A DNA stretch of 64,000 nt from Roseibacillus sp. (GTDB lineage Bacteria; Verrucomicrobiota; Verrucomicrobiia; Verrucomicrobiales; Akkermansiaceae): contig JBPOGI010000001.1 in the NCBI GenBank assembly GCA_051251855.1, forward strand, positions 1,152,001-1,216,000, read 5' to 3'. The notes under the pieces were generated by a model. It was not told the origin of the DNA, searched no databases, and saw only the letters and a program-made list of their open reading frames with translations. Positions 1 to 9,563 of this stretch are shown one piece after another. How positions within the stretch are numbered: position 1 is the stretch's first letter; each line of letters starts with the position of its first letter. Made by a program: the position numbers and the translations under genes.

Positions 1-1923
1 TATCCTTCCGATACCGTCTTCGAGCTCGAGGTCACCCCCAACCGTCCCGACTCTCTTTCTCATCGAGGCGTCGCACGCGAGCTCTCTGTTCTTTCTAAGC
101 GCGAACTCAAAAGCCCCGCCCCATCTCAAATTCAAACCCAATCCGCAGCGGTCTCTCTGCAGTCAGGCACTTGCCCCTATTACACTGCCACTCGCATCAG
201 CGGCGTTCAGGTGACCGATTCTCCTGCTTGGCTCAAGTCCAAGCTCGAAGCCATTGGTCTTCGCCCCATCAACAACGTCGTTGATATCACCAACTACATT
301 CTCCACGACCTCGGCCAACCCCTACACGCCTTCGACGCTGCCAAGGTCACTGGTAATCTCGTCATTCGCAATTCAACCGGAGGCGAAGTCTTCAAAGCGC
401 TCGACGAAGCCGACTACACCCTCCTCACCGAAGATTGCGTGATTTCCGACGAGAGCAACGCCCTTCTTGCCCTCGCCGGCGTCATGGGAGGACTCGATTC
501 CGGAGTCACCGAGTCCACCACCGACCTCATTCTCGAGTCCGCTTGGTTCACTCCCTCTGAGATTCGCAGCACCTCCCGTCGTCTCATTCTCACCTCGGAC
601 TCGTCGTATCGCTTCGAACGCCAAGCCGATCCCGCCATGGTTCTTCCTGCCGCTGCTCGAGCCATCGAGCTCATCCTCGAACTCGCAGGAGGCACGGCCG
701 AGCCAGTCAGCGTAGCGGGAGAAATCCCAGCTCGCTTTCCCTCCGTCGCCTTCCTCCCCGAGCAACTTACCCAAGTCAGCGCCGACAGTATCTCCGTTGA
801 AGAAGCCAGCGCCTGTCTCACTCGACTCGGCCTCATCGACAACGGCGATGGCACTTGGAACATCCCCTCCAACCGTCCCGACCTCACTCGACCTATCGAC
901 CTCATCGAAGAAGTAGTGCGCGTCATTGGCTTCGACCGCATCCCTGTTTCCACCCTCGCCCACACCGTCCCCAGCTCCGAAAGCGACCGATTTTACGATG
1001 CAGAGATTTCCGTAAAAAAACAACTCAGCTCATTGGGTTTCTATGAGTGCCAGACCATCAAGCTCATTTCCGAGAGTCAACTCGCAGATTTGCTCCCACT
1101 CAAGCCGTTGCAAGAAGCCGACTTCATTCGGGTCGCCCTTCCTCTCTCCGAAGATCACTCCGTGATGCGTCCGTCGATGGCACCCGGCCTCATCGCCTCC
1201 GCCGCCAACAACGCGCGCCAAGGCTCCAAAGCCATTCGTCTCTTCGAGGCCGGCCAATGCTTCCGCCACTTCGGCGGTGGAAAGAAAAAGGACAACGAGT
1301 TCCCTGTTCTCGGAATTCTCCAAACCGGTCAACTCACTCCTCCCACCTGGGCTCAGACAAATCCTGCCGAAAGCGACATCTTTGACCTCAAGGCCGTCCT
1401 TCAATCACTCGCCCCCAACGAGCCTCTCAGCTTCAAACCCAAGGACCTCGGCAACGACTATCTTCTCACCGCCACCATTCATCTCGGCGAAGCGAATGTC
1501 GGCGTGATTGGACGGCTTGCTCCTGCCCGATGCCGCGAACTCGACCTCCCTCTCGAAACCCACATTGCCGAACTTGATTTGGCAAAAGTAGTCAAGCTGG
1601 TCCAACAAGAGACCCCCGTCACCGACCTTCCGCAATTCCCTGGTTCCAGCCGTGATATTGCGATGGAGCTCCCTCTTGAACTACCGGCCGCAGACGTTGA
1701 GAACGCTCTCGCTAAATTCAAGGAACCGCTTTTGGTCTCCAGTCGCTGCGTGAGCCTATTCAGCGATGCTTCAGGCGAAAAAATCGCTGCTGACAAGAAG
1801 TCAGTCGCTTACAGTTTCCTCTATCGCTCCCCCGACAAAACCCTCAAGACCAAGGATGTCGATAAAGCACACCAAGCCCTGTTAGAGCATTTACAAAAGA
1901 GCCTCCCCGTCACCTTCCGTTAA
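1..1923 (+). CDS. pheT: Phenylalanine--tRNA ligase beta subunit (5' partial)
   Basis: Frame is open from base 1 (YPSDTVFELEVTPNRPDSLSHRGVARE); INNVVDITNY, GQPLHAFD, RPDL..PIDLIEEV motifs; C-terminal anticodon-binding domain (FPGSSRDIA). Confidence 0.97.
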   Translation, partial: YPSDTVFELEVTPNRPDSLSHRGVARELSVLSKRELKSPAPSQIQTQSAAVSLQSGTCPYYTATRISGVQVTDSPAWLKSKLEAIGLRPINNVVDITNYILHDLGQPLHAFDAAKVTGNLVIRNSTGGEVFKALDEADYTLLTEDCVISDESNALLALAGVMGGLDSGVTESTTDLILESAWFTPSEIRSTSRRLILTSDSSYRFERQADPAMVLPAAARAIELILELAGGTAEPVSVAGEIPARFPSVAFLPEQLTQVSADSISVEEASACLTRLGLIDNGDGTWNIPSNRPDLTRPIDLIEEVVRVIGFDRIPVSTLAHTVPSSESDRFYDAEISVKKQLSSLGFYECQTIKLISESQLADLLPLKPLQEADFIRVALPLSEDHSVMRPSMAPGLIASAANNARQGSKAIRLFEAGQCFRHFGGGKKKDNEFPVLGILQTGQLTPPTWAQTNPAESDIFDLKAVLQSLAPNEPLSFKPKDLGNDYLLTATIHLGEANVGVIGRLAPARCRELDLPLETHIAELDLAKVVKLVQQETPVTDLPQFPGSSRDIAMELPLELPAADVENALAKFKEPLLVSSRCVSLFSDASGEKIAADKKSVAYSFLYRSPDKTLKTKDVDKAHQALLEHLQKSLPVTFR

Positions 1924-1964
1924 AGGGAGTGAGTGACCTCTTCATTCTTTAAAAGGGACTGACC

Positions 1965-1998
1965 AAAAAGCCCCACCACTTCGTAAAGTGGCAGGGCT
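1965..1998 (-). terminator. Probable intrinsic terminator between convergent pheT and the cytochrome b562-like gene
   Basis: Imperfect stem AGCCCCACCACTT-CGTA-AAGTGGCAGGGCT preceded by an A-run (U-run on the minus strand). Confidence 0.55.
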
Positions 1999-2032
1999 AG
2001 AAATTGCTCTGAAAGCTTATCAGGGTTGAAGC

Positions 2033-2449
2033 TTACTCTCCCTCCTCAATATACTCTTCGTGACCGTCCTTGCGGGATTTCTTCACGAGGTCCATCGCAT
2101 CGTCAATCTTATCCTGGTCCTCAGAAAGATAGGCTATCTCTAAACCACAGAGGGTCTGGTAAGAAGCCGCGAGGGTCTTCTTGTAATTCGCTAAAGCAAC
2201 TTGCTTCTCTTTTCCATCCGGCATCTTTTCAATCAGAGCAGGGACAAAAGCAAAGGTCTCCAGCAACTGCGTCTGCGCTTGGCGCACGAGTTCCAAGCAT
2301 TTGGCAAAGTCACCATCGGCGCGGCGTAGCATCTTCAATGAGCCACTCACTTCGTCCATTTTCTCAGCAAGAGGGGTATCGTCAGCCGAGCCCACTCCGG
2401 TTGCGAGAAACGAACTAGCTACAATTGCGTAAAAGTATTTTTTCATCAT
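2033..2449 (-). CDS. Exported cytochrome b562-like four-helix protein
   Basis: Signal peptide (MMKKYFYAIVASSFLATGVGSA), Met near the mature N-terminus (ADDTPLAEKM) and C-terminal His (RKDGHEEY), matching b562 heme-ligand placement; no CxxCH. Confidence 0.65.
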   Translation of the reverse strand: MMKKYFYAIVASSFLATGVGSADDTPLAEKMDEVSGSLKMLRRADGDFAKCLELVRQAQTQLLETFAFVPALIEKMPDGKEKQVALANYKKTLAASYQTLCGLEIAYLSEDQDKIDDAMDLVKKSRKDGHEEYIEEGE

Positions 2450-2485
2450 CGAGGTGCATATACGAAGCCATCGCACATCGATCTG

Positions 2486-3466
2486 TCAACCTTGTCGCAA
2501 GAAAAGCCAGACAAAATAGATAAGGTAGCCCGTCACAAGAATTCCCCCCTCCAATCGCGAAAGAGACTTACGGGAAAGCATAAGAGGAAAGGCCAGAAGA
2601 GTCACCCCACCCATGACAGCCAAATCAACATTCTGCAGCGAACCCGCATCCAAGGGAGCAATCGTCGCTGTAATACCAACCACTGCCAAAATATTGAAAA
2701 TACAGGACCCTACCACGTTGCCCGTAACCAAATCTCCCTCCCCCTTGAGCGAAGCGACCGTTACCGTCGCAACCTCAGGCAAAGAGGTTCCGAAGGAAAC
2801 CAAGGTCAGCGCGATCACTGCCGGCGGAATTCCCATCACCATCGCAATCTCACTTCCTCCAAAAACCAATCGATCGGCACCAAATCCCAGCGCTGCCAGC
2901 CCCAACAAAATAAAAGCCAAGTCCTTCAAGAAGAGTCCCGGACCAGCCTTCTTCAGGGCCGCAATTTCTTCCTCAGTGATATCGAGGTCAATTTCCACCT
3001 CTTCACCCTTTTTTCCCCGTCGTATGCTACTCACCGTATAAAGCACGACCCCTGCAGCCAGAAGCGCTCCTTCCCAGCGAGCAATCGCTCCGTCCAAGAG
3101 CATCACGACAAAAACAATCGACGCGCCAATCAAAATCGGCATCTCACGCTTCAACACCTGACGATGAATCCCCAACGGCTTAATCAGAGCGGCAATTCCC
3201 AGCACCAAGGCAAGGTTGCAGATATTAGAGCCCACCACATTTCCCAGCGCAAAATCCCCTTGTGGAGGAGTTTTCATATTCGCGCTCACACTCACTAACA
3301 GCTCAGGAGCACTTGTCCCAAAGGCCACTACTGTGAGTCCCACAACAAGTGGGGAGATACCCACTCGTAGCGCCAACTCGCTACTGCCCTTCACCAGCCA
3401 TTCTGCCCCGTAATACAAAAGAACGAGTCCCAAAATAACCCAGCCACTATAGACAAGAATTTCCAC
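2486..3466 (-). CDS. Calcium/sodium antiporter (YrbG, CaCA family)
   Basis: Two alpha repeats: GTSAPE..GNVVGSNICN and GTSLPE..GNVVGSCIFN. GTG start at 3466 preferred over 3517. Confidence 0.93.
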   Translation of the reverse strand: MEILVYSGWVILGLVLLYYGAEWLVKGSSELALRVGISPLVVGLTVVAFGTSAPELLVSVSANMKTPPQGDFALGNVVGSNICNLALVLGIAALIKPLGIHRQVLKREMPILIGASIVFVVMLLDGAIARWEGALLAAGVVLYTVSSIRRGKKGEEVEIDLDITEEEIAALKKAGPGLFLKDLAFILLGLAALGFGADRLVFGGSEIAMVMGIPPAVIALTLVSFGTSLPEVATVTVASLKGEGDLVTGNVVGSCIFNILAVVGITATIAPLDAGSLQNVDLAVMGGVTLLAFPLMLSRKSLSRLEGGILVTGYLIYFVWLFLRQG

Positions 3467-3526
3467 GGCAGTAGTCTTCGCACCCTTTCTACTGCTCGCA
3501 ATGGTAAAGGATGGCAAAGCGAAAAA

Positions 3527-4438
3527 TCACCGCGCCGAATCCAGCACTACAATCTTCTCATACAAAGCCCTCATCCGAGGCACCTCCACACCTGCAGCCT
3601 CCGCCCGTCGAACAGGCTCTCCCCAAATCGCCTCCACCTCCAGCGGCAATTCCCTCACGTAATCCAACATACTTGACGGCTTGTAGGGCCCCATCGGGCG
3701 CGTGATTTCAATCTGATTCACCAAAAAATCATCTGAAATCTCGTGACCCAGCGCCGAAGCTGCGGCCTGCACCTCCTTCATCAACATCATCACCTCATCC
3801 TCTTTCCCCGGCAGCGATAAGAGCTTTTCGGTGTCAATCCCCCCTTCGGCCACGCAAAGACCATTGAAGGGGATATTCCACACGAGCTTTCGCCATTGCG
3901 CTTCTGACAAATCAGCGGCCAACCGCACCTCGACCTTTTCCCCAAAAAGATCCGGCATTTCATCCAGTATTCCCGTTGGCGAAGGTTCTCCAATCGACAC
4001 CATTCCCCCGCCACTATGAACAATCGTCCCAGCTGCAGTCCGATTAATACAGACAAAACAAAGCCCACCCAGCACGCGCCCCCTTCCAAAGAGATTCTCC
4101 AGAAGCTCCACGTTACCCAGCCCATTTTGCAACGTCAGGATCCGACTCTCTTCGTGTAACAATGGAGCGATTACCGCCTCTGCATTCTCATTGGCCGTCG
4201 CCTTCCAAGCTAACACCACCAAATCAACGGGCCCCATCTCTTCCGCACTTTGAAAAATCTGAGGCGACTCCACTACAAAGTCCCCCGCCACACTCTGAAT
4301 CTCAAACCCCTTTCTCTTTACCTCCTCAAAATCGCTTCTCAGCAAAAACCGCACATCATACCCCGCCTGCACCATTCGGCAGCCATAGTAGCTTCCCACC
4401 GCGCCAGCGCCCACAATTGCAATAGATCCAATCCCCAT
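3527..4438 (-). CDS. panE: 2-dehydropantoate 2-reductase (ApbA/PanE family)
   Basis: GAGAVG Rossmann motif, LQNGLG, WRKLVWNIPFN, SSMLD, LEVEAI. Confidence 0.9.
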   Translation of the reverse strand: MGIGSIAIVGAGAVGSYYGCRMVQAGYDVRFLLRSDFEEVKRKGFEIQSVAGDFVVESPQIFQSAEEMGPVDLVVLAWKATANENAEAVIAPLLHEESRILTLQNGLGNVELLENLFGRGRVLGGLCFVCINRTAAGTIVHSGGGMVSIGEPSPTGILDEMPDLFGEKVEVRLAADLSEAQWRKLVWNIPFNGLCVAEGGIDTEKLLSLPGKEDEVMMLMKEVQAAASALGHEISDDFLVNQIEITRPMGPYKPSSMLDYVRELPLEVEAIWGEPVRRAEAAGVEVPRMRALYEKIVVLDSAR

Positions 4439-4550
4439 CCCCGAAGAAGAACCAATCCCCTTCGAAAATCAACCACCCTAACCCCAAAATTTTCAGATCG
4501 AGAGTAGACGTGCCCTCTCTCCTATTCAAAATTCCCTTCACTCCCGAATC

Positions 4551-5774
4551 ATGACCTATTCCGAAGCAATCGACTGGCTCTACTCCACCCAGAGCTTCGG
4601 CATTAAACTCGGGCTCGATAACCCCACTCGCCTTCTCCGCGAATTTCTCGCCTTCCCCAAGCACACCACCAAGGTCATTCAAGTCGCCGGTACCAACGGC
4701 AAAGGCTCCACCTGCGCCTTTATCGATTCTCTCGCCCGAGCCACCAGCGCGCGCACCGGTCTCTTCACCTCTCCTCATCTCGTCAGCTATCGCGAGCGCA
4801 TCCAAGTCATCGGCCAACAAATGCCCGAAGAAGAGATCGCAAAGGGCCTCACCGAGCTCAAAGAACTGGTCAAGGGCTGGAAGCATCATCCCACCTTTTT
4901 CGAACTCACCCTTGCCCTCGCCATGCGCTACTTCCGTGAGCAGGACTGCGAGCTCATCATTCTCGAAGTAGGCATGGGAGGCCGCTTTGACGCCACCTCC
5001 GCCGTTCCTGCCGACGTCACCGTCCTGACGCCCATCGACCTCGATCACCAGCAATGGCTCGGTGACACTCTCGCAAAAATCGCCTCTGAAAAGTCCGCCA
5101 TCTTCCGCGAGGGCAAGCCAGCTGTCACTTCCTCACAAGCTCCCGAAGCCACCACCGTCATCGAGCAAACCGCTAATCAAACTCGTGCACCACTTACATG
5201 GGTGCATAAACCTCTCCTAGGCTATCCTCTCGGAATCCTAGGCGAGCACCAAGCGCACAACGCCGCCCTCGCCCTCGAGGCCCTGCACCGTGCCGGTTAT
5301 CAGCTCAACTACGACACCGTCCTCACCGGAGTCTCCAAAGCCACTCATCCCGGACGCTTCGAAGTCGTAAAAACTGTCGAAAACCAGACCTTCATCTTCG
5401 ACATTGCTCACAATCCTCATGCTATTAGGAGTCTCGTCTCAAGTCTGAGGCAGCTCTATCCACAATCGAACCCTACTCTCATCTTCGGAGCCGCCGGTTC
5501 CAAAGAAATCGCACCCATGCTCGGAATGCTTTCCGAAGTCGTCGGCGACATTCACTTCACTCCCATCAACTCCCCTCGCAGCACACCTACCGAGGAACTT
5601 CTCGCCGCCCTACCTGAAAATCCTCAAGCAGAAGCAACTCAGCATACTTCTCTAAAACAGGCGCTCGAAGCATGCTCGCAAAAGCCTCTCATCCTCATCA
5701 CCGGCTCCGCCTTCCTCGTAGGCGAAGCCAAAGCAAGTCTCTCATCCGAACCACACCATGCATCAAGCCAATAG
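4551..5774 (+). CDS. folC: Folylpolyglutamate synthase/dihydrofolate synthase
   Basis: VAGTNGKGS, FTSPHL, EVGMGGRFDATS, PGRFE, DIAHNP, ITGSAFLVGE. Confidence 0.96.
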   Translation: MTYSEAIDWLYSTQSFGIKLGLDNPTRLLREFLAFPKHTTKVIQVAGTNGKGSTCAFIDSLARATSARTGLFTSPHLVSYRERIQVIGQQMPEEEIAKGLTELKELVKGWKHHPTFFELTLALAMRYFREQDCELIILEVGMGGRFDATSAVPADVTVLTPIDLDHQQWLGDTLAKIASEKSAIFREGKPAVTSSQAPEATTVIEQTANQTRAPLTWVHKPLLGYPLGILGEHQAHNAALALEALHRAGYQLNYDTVLTGVSKATHPGRFEVVKTVENQTFIFDIAHNPHAIRSLVSSLRQLYPQSNPTLIFGAAGSKEIAPMLGMLSEVVGDIHFTPINSPRSTPTEELLAALPENPQAEATQHTSLKQALEACSQKPLILITGSAFLVGEAKASLSSEPHHASSQ

Positions 5775-5813
5775 CGAACGAAAGTTTTCTAGGGAGCGTC
5801 GATTTCGACAGCG

Positions 5814-7436
5814 CTACTCCGCCTGATGAATTGTCACCTGGGTGAACGGAATGCCCCATTCCTTCTCATTACACACCTCAACACAAATCCGCTGAATCGC
5901 TCTCTTCAGCTTCTCATAGCGGTCCGCAGCCTCTCCTTTAAAGTCCGCCATAATGGCGTAATCCAGCGATGATGCCCCAGCAGACGCAAATTCAACATTC
6001 ACCGAGTTCAACTGCTCGCGGTCTGCTAATACCTCAACCAACCCTGCCGCTAACTTAGCCTTAAAAATCGCCGCGACCTCCGTCGTCGCGATTGCTTGAT
6101 GCGCATAGTCGATCCCGAATATCGCTTTCACTCGAAAACTCTTCGAAAGATTGGCCGGCGCCAGCGCCAGAAAGTCGGGAGTAAGATACGTCTCCCGCGT
6201 TCCTCCCAGTCGCACCAGCTGCACATACTCCGGAGTCTGCGTCACCACCTTACCCATCGCATCATTCGCCAGAACCCAATCTCCCGTCTTCGTCGGAAAC
6301 CACGATTCAGAAGGATCATGCGGACGGGAGCGAAGCGTGCTCAACCTCTTAATCGACATCCGAATCAATCCCCCCGTGAGTTCACAATTTCTCAACTCCG
6401 TATAAATCCCTATTGTTCCCACCTCCCACGGAACTCCCTCAAAGGTCAGTCGCTCTCCTTTTCTAACAGGACCCAAATTCAAGAGCATCTTCGTCTGCTC
6501 AAACGTCTTCGGAATCGTGCTCTTCGCCGTCCATCCCAGTCCCACTAGCAAGACGATCGCCAGAGTCAGCAGCAGCCAATCACCACTAAAATAGAGCACA
6601 AACAGAGCCGCTACCGCCGCCAGACCCCCCGAAATCACCACCGCGCTCAATTCCAGCAATCGCCAACCAAAGGCCCCATGATTCTGCTTTCGAACCAGAG
6701 GCAGCTTGCCAATCATACGCCACAACCAACGCAAGAAGAGCCAAGTTCCCGCCAAGGCGCCCACCGCCTTCAGAAGATTCAACCCTCGCCCTTTAAAGAA
6801 ACTCTCAAAAGCATCACTGACGGGCTTCAACACCGGCTCCTTCTCTGCCTCCTGCTGCTCCATCTGAACCGCCAAGGCTTCTAACTGCCCCTCGGCATCG
6901 TTCTGTCGTCCCTTCCACAATTCCCTCAACTCCTCGATCCGCTGCCCCGTTGACGACTCCGTGCCCCCGTTCCATCGAGAAAGACGTTCTAGGGCATTCT
7001 TGGCTAATTCAGCCTGTTCGCTCAGCCTTTGTTCGCGTGCCCTGAGCATCTCTGTTTCGCGTGGACGCTCAGTAGCCTTCTTCATCGCCCTCACCCCGGG
7101 TCGCAGAATTTCCTTCACCTCTTCTGCCAAATCTAAATTGGCCTCTTCCGCTGTTTTTAAGTCCTCACCCCGCACCCCCGTTGCCAGCTCATCGAATTGA
7201 TTCTTCAGCTCGTCGAGCCGGGCCGCCAACTCCGTCTCTCGCCCTTGGGCCGTTTCCACATCTTCCTGAGTGGTCTTCCCTCCCAACTTCACATCCCTTA
7301 CCAACGAAAGAGCGCTACTCGTGTCATCGATTACTCCCGCGAGTTTCACCAATGTCTCCGCCGTCTTATCATCAACCTCACTATCCGCCCATAGGAGCGC
7401 AAAGCTGAGAAACCAAAGGAAAAAAGGGACACGCAT
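5814..7436 (-). CDS. MscS-like mechanosensitive channel with a large coiled-coil N-terminal region
   Basis: Signal-like N-terminus, coiled coil, TM helices, GPVRKGERL, IFGIDY and GIPFTQVTIH C-terminus. Start uncertain (7436 or 7535). Confidence 0.7.
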   Translation of the reverse strand: MRVPFFLWFLSFALLWADSEVDDKTAETLVKLAGVIDDTSSALSLVRDVKLGGKTTQEDVETAQGRETELAARLDELKNQFDELATGVRGEDLKTAEEANLDLAEEVKEILRPGVRAMKKATERPRETEMLRAREQRLSEQAELAKNALERLSRWNGGTESSTGQRIEELRELWKGRQNDAEGQLEALAVQMEQQEAEKEPVLKPVSDAFESFFKGRGLNLLKAVGALAGTWLFLRWLWRMIGKLPLVRKQNHGAFGWRLLELSAVVISGGLAAVAALFVLYFSGDWLLLTLAIVLLVGLGWTAKSTIPKTFEQTKMLLNLGPVRKGERLTFEGVPWEVGTIGIYTELRNCELTGGLIRMSIKRLSTLRSRPHDPSESWFPTKTGDWVLANDAMGKVVTQTPEYVQLVRLGGTRETYLTPDFLALAPANLSKSFRVKAIFGIDYAHQAIATTEVAAIFKAKLAAGLVEVLADREQLNSVNVEFASAGASSLDYAIMADFKGEAADRYEKLKRAIQRICVEVCNEKEWGIPFTQVTIHQAE

Positions 7437-7532
7437 CAGCAGAAGAATAGAACCGAGCTCAATCAGCAACAAGACCCCAACCGAAAAAAAAGAGGCCGTC
7501 CTCCAACCGGAAGACGACCTCAGAAATTTAAA

Positions 7533-7555
7533 CACTGGCCGACCGGCCAGAAGTG
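7533..7555 (-). promoter_or_regulatory. Candidate SECIS hairpin for the YlbF-family gene
   Basis: Minus strand CA-CUU-CUGGCC-GGUC-GGCCAG-UG; the apical loop starts 22 nt after the TGA at 7566-7568. Confidence 0.55.
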
Positions 7556-7556
7556 A

Positions 7557-7997
7557 TTAGCAGCCTCATCCGCCGCCGCCGCCTTCGGCATCACCGCCAC
7601 CGCAGCAGCCGTCATCTTGAGAAGCAAAGTCCTCACTTGTCGGAACCCGCCCAAGCTCAAGAGTCATCCCCACATACTTGCCAATACTTCCCTGCAAAGT
7701 CTGCAGCGCCTGCTGAGCGTTCAAAAAGCTGGTCGCTACCGGATTTTGGAAAAGAGCTTCGCGAGCGGTCTCGAACTCCTTAATCTCAGTCTCTGCTAAC
7801 TGAAGACCAGCCTGCTGCTTCTGATTGAGTTCGTCGCCCCACTCCTGCACTTTGCGAAAGCCGTCACGAGCCGTATCATCCGCAAAAAATGCCTCTACAT
7901 CCTTCTGCAAAGCACTGAATTCGGCATCTCCAGCAATCGCCGCGCAAAGCTCGCGCGTCTTCTCCATAACAGGTGAACTGTCTTCCAAGATATTCAT
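7557..7997 (-). CDS. YlbF/YmcA-family regulator, candidate selenoprotein with C-terminal U-G-C
   Basis: Helical YlbF-like body with Gly/Cys tail DDGCCGGGDAEGGGGG-TGA-GGC-TGC-TAA. The ORF track stops at the TGA (7566). Confidence 0.8.
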
Positions 7998-8005
7998 CGG
8001 GCGGG

Positions 8006-8034
8006 ACGCTAACGGGCATCCTCGCCCCCCGCAA
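8006..8034 (-). promoter_or_regulatory. Putative sigma70 promoter, near-leaderless
   Basis: TTGCGG-N17-TAGCGT, 8 nt before the ATG at 7997. Confidence 0.5.
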
Positions 8035-8127
8035 CCCGCGATTTCGCCAATTTCTGACCATTTTGAGGCAAACTTTTCGGATGCGAAACCGAGAAGAAAC
8101 GCTATTCTTTGCGCGTAGGACTATATC

Positions 8128-9438
8128 ATGAACTCGAAGCCCATCGCCATCGCCTCAGTTTGGGGAATCTCCGTCGCCGCCGCTTTCTTTGCTGGCAAAG
8201 CCATTTCTCCCTCTGCCAACGAGTCCGTCGAGACCATTCAGGCGGCAAAATCTACTGCCAGCATCGGCAATGAAGGTTCATCCAACCTCGTCTCCACAGG
8301 AGGAAGCACCACCAGTATGGCTTCCGCCCGAGCCCGTCTCGACGCCGCTCCCATGATTGAGCGCGGCTCGACTCCCGAGCAAATGATTGAGGACATCGCC
8401 CGTTTTGATGATGCCATCGAGCGTAATAACGCCCTCCTCGCCCTCATCGATAGTCTCTCTCCCGACGAATTTCTCTCTGTTGTCGACTCCTTCAGACAGT
8501 TAGGCATCACCGACGAGCGAAGAGGCGAATACGAGATGCTCCTAACCGCATGGGCTAAGGTCAATCCTTCCGAAGCACTCGCCTACGCCTCCGAGAACAC
8601 CCGTGGTGGTTTCGCGCGCAACACCATTCTTTCCACTTGGGCAGCCACCAATCCTGACGCTGCCATTGCTTGGGCAGAATCCAACCACGACAATCCCGAC
8701 CGCGCAAATCCTTGGCTTGTAGGAGTCATCGAAGGCATCGCTCCCTACGATATCAGCCGGGCAACCGATCTCATGGAGACCCTTCCCCGTTCTGAGCAAC
8801 GAGGTGAAGCCCTCCGCAGTGTCCTCTCTCAACTCATGTCCAAGGACCCCGAAGATGCCAAAAACTGGACCTCCACCATTGAAGACGACTACCTTCGCTC
8901 TGGTGCCGCAGCCTACACCGCCGAAGCCATTGCTCGCAAAGACCCCGCCGATGCAGCCCAGTGGCTCGCAAGTCTTGGCGATGTCGATGCCCTTAATCGC
9001 GCTGGTGAGGACATTACCGAGGATTGGTATCGCGACAATCCGGAGGAAGCTACCGCATGGATCAGCACGCTGCCCCCCGAAGCCATGAGCGAAGCAGCCG
9101 AAGGAGTCGTAAGTAATATTGTTCGCGAAAATCCTGTCGAAGCTGCCGAGTATCTTTCTCAACTGGCTACTTCCAACCCCGATGCCAACTTCGACAGCGC
9201 CATCCGCGACCTCGTGCGCGGAGCTGGCCGCAGCGATCCAGAACTCGCCGCCATTTGGGTAGGTGGTCTCAGCAACAGCGACGACCAGAGCCGATACTAC
9301 CACCGCGTCTTGGGTGATTGGAAAAATAGGGACTCCGGAGCGGCCGAACAATGGATGATACAAAATGAAGCCAGCCTTCCCGAATCCATCGGACGCCGCT
9401 TCCTTGGCCGCCCTGACCAAAACAACGGAGGCCAGTAG
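8128..9438 (+). CDS. Membrane-anchored helical-repeat hypothetical protein
   Basis: N-terminal hydrophobic anchor and repeated W-x3-(D/N)P-x-AA-x2-W units. Confidence 0.8.
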   Translation: MNSKPIAIASVWGISVAAAFFAGKAISPSANESVETIQAAKSTASIGNEGSSNLVSTGGSTTSMASARARLDAAPMIERGSTPEQMIEDIARFDDAIERNNALLALIDSLSPDEFLSVVDSFRQLGITDERRGEYEMLLTAWAKVNPSEALAYASENTRGGFARNTILSTWAATNPDAAIAWAESNHDNPDRANPWLVGVIEGIAPYDISRATDLMETLPRSEQRGEALRSVLSQLMSKDPEDAKNWTSTIEDDYLRSGAAAYTAEAIARKDPADAAQWLASLGDVDALNRAGEDITEDWYRDNPEEATAWISTLPPEAMSEAAEGVVSNIVRENPVEAAEYLSQLATSNPDANFDSAIRDLVRGAGRSDPELAAIWVGGLSNSDDQSRYYHRVLGDWKNRDSGAAEQWMIQNEASLPESIGRRFLGRPDQNNGGQ

Positions 9439-9563
9439 CCGCTTGTTGGGGACCGTCTTCCACGGTAAGTATCAAAAAAAGAGGTCATCACTCGACCTCC
9501 GCTTGCCAGAACTCCTCTTGCCCATCATCTCTCTTCAGTTCCTAGTTGTTCTTCTCATCAAAA

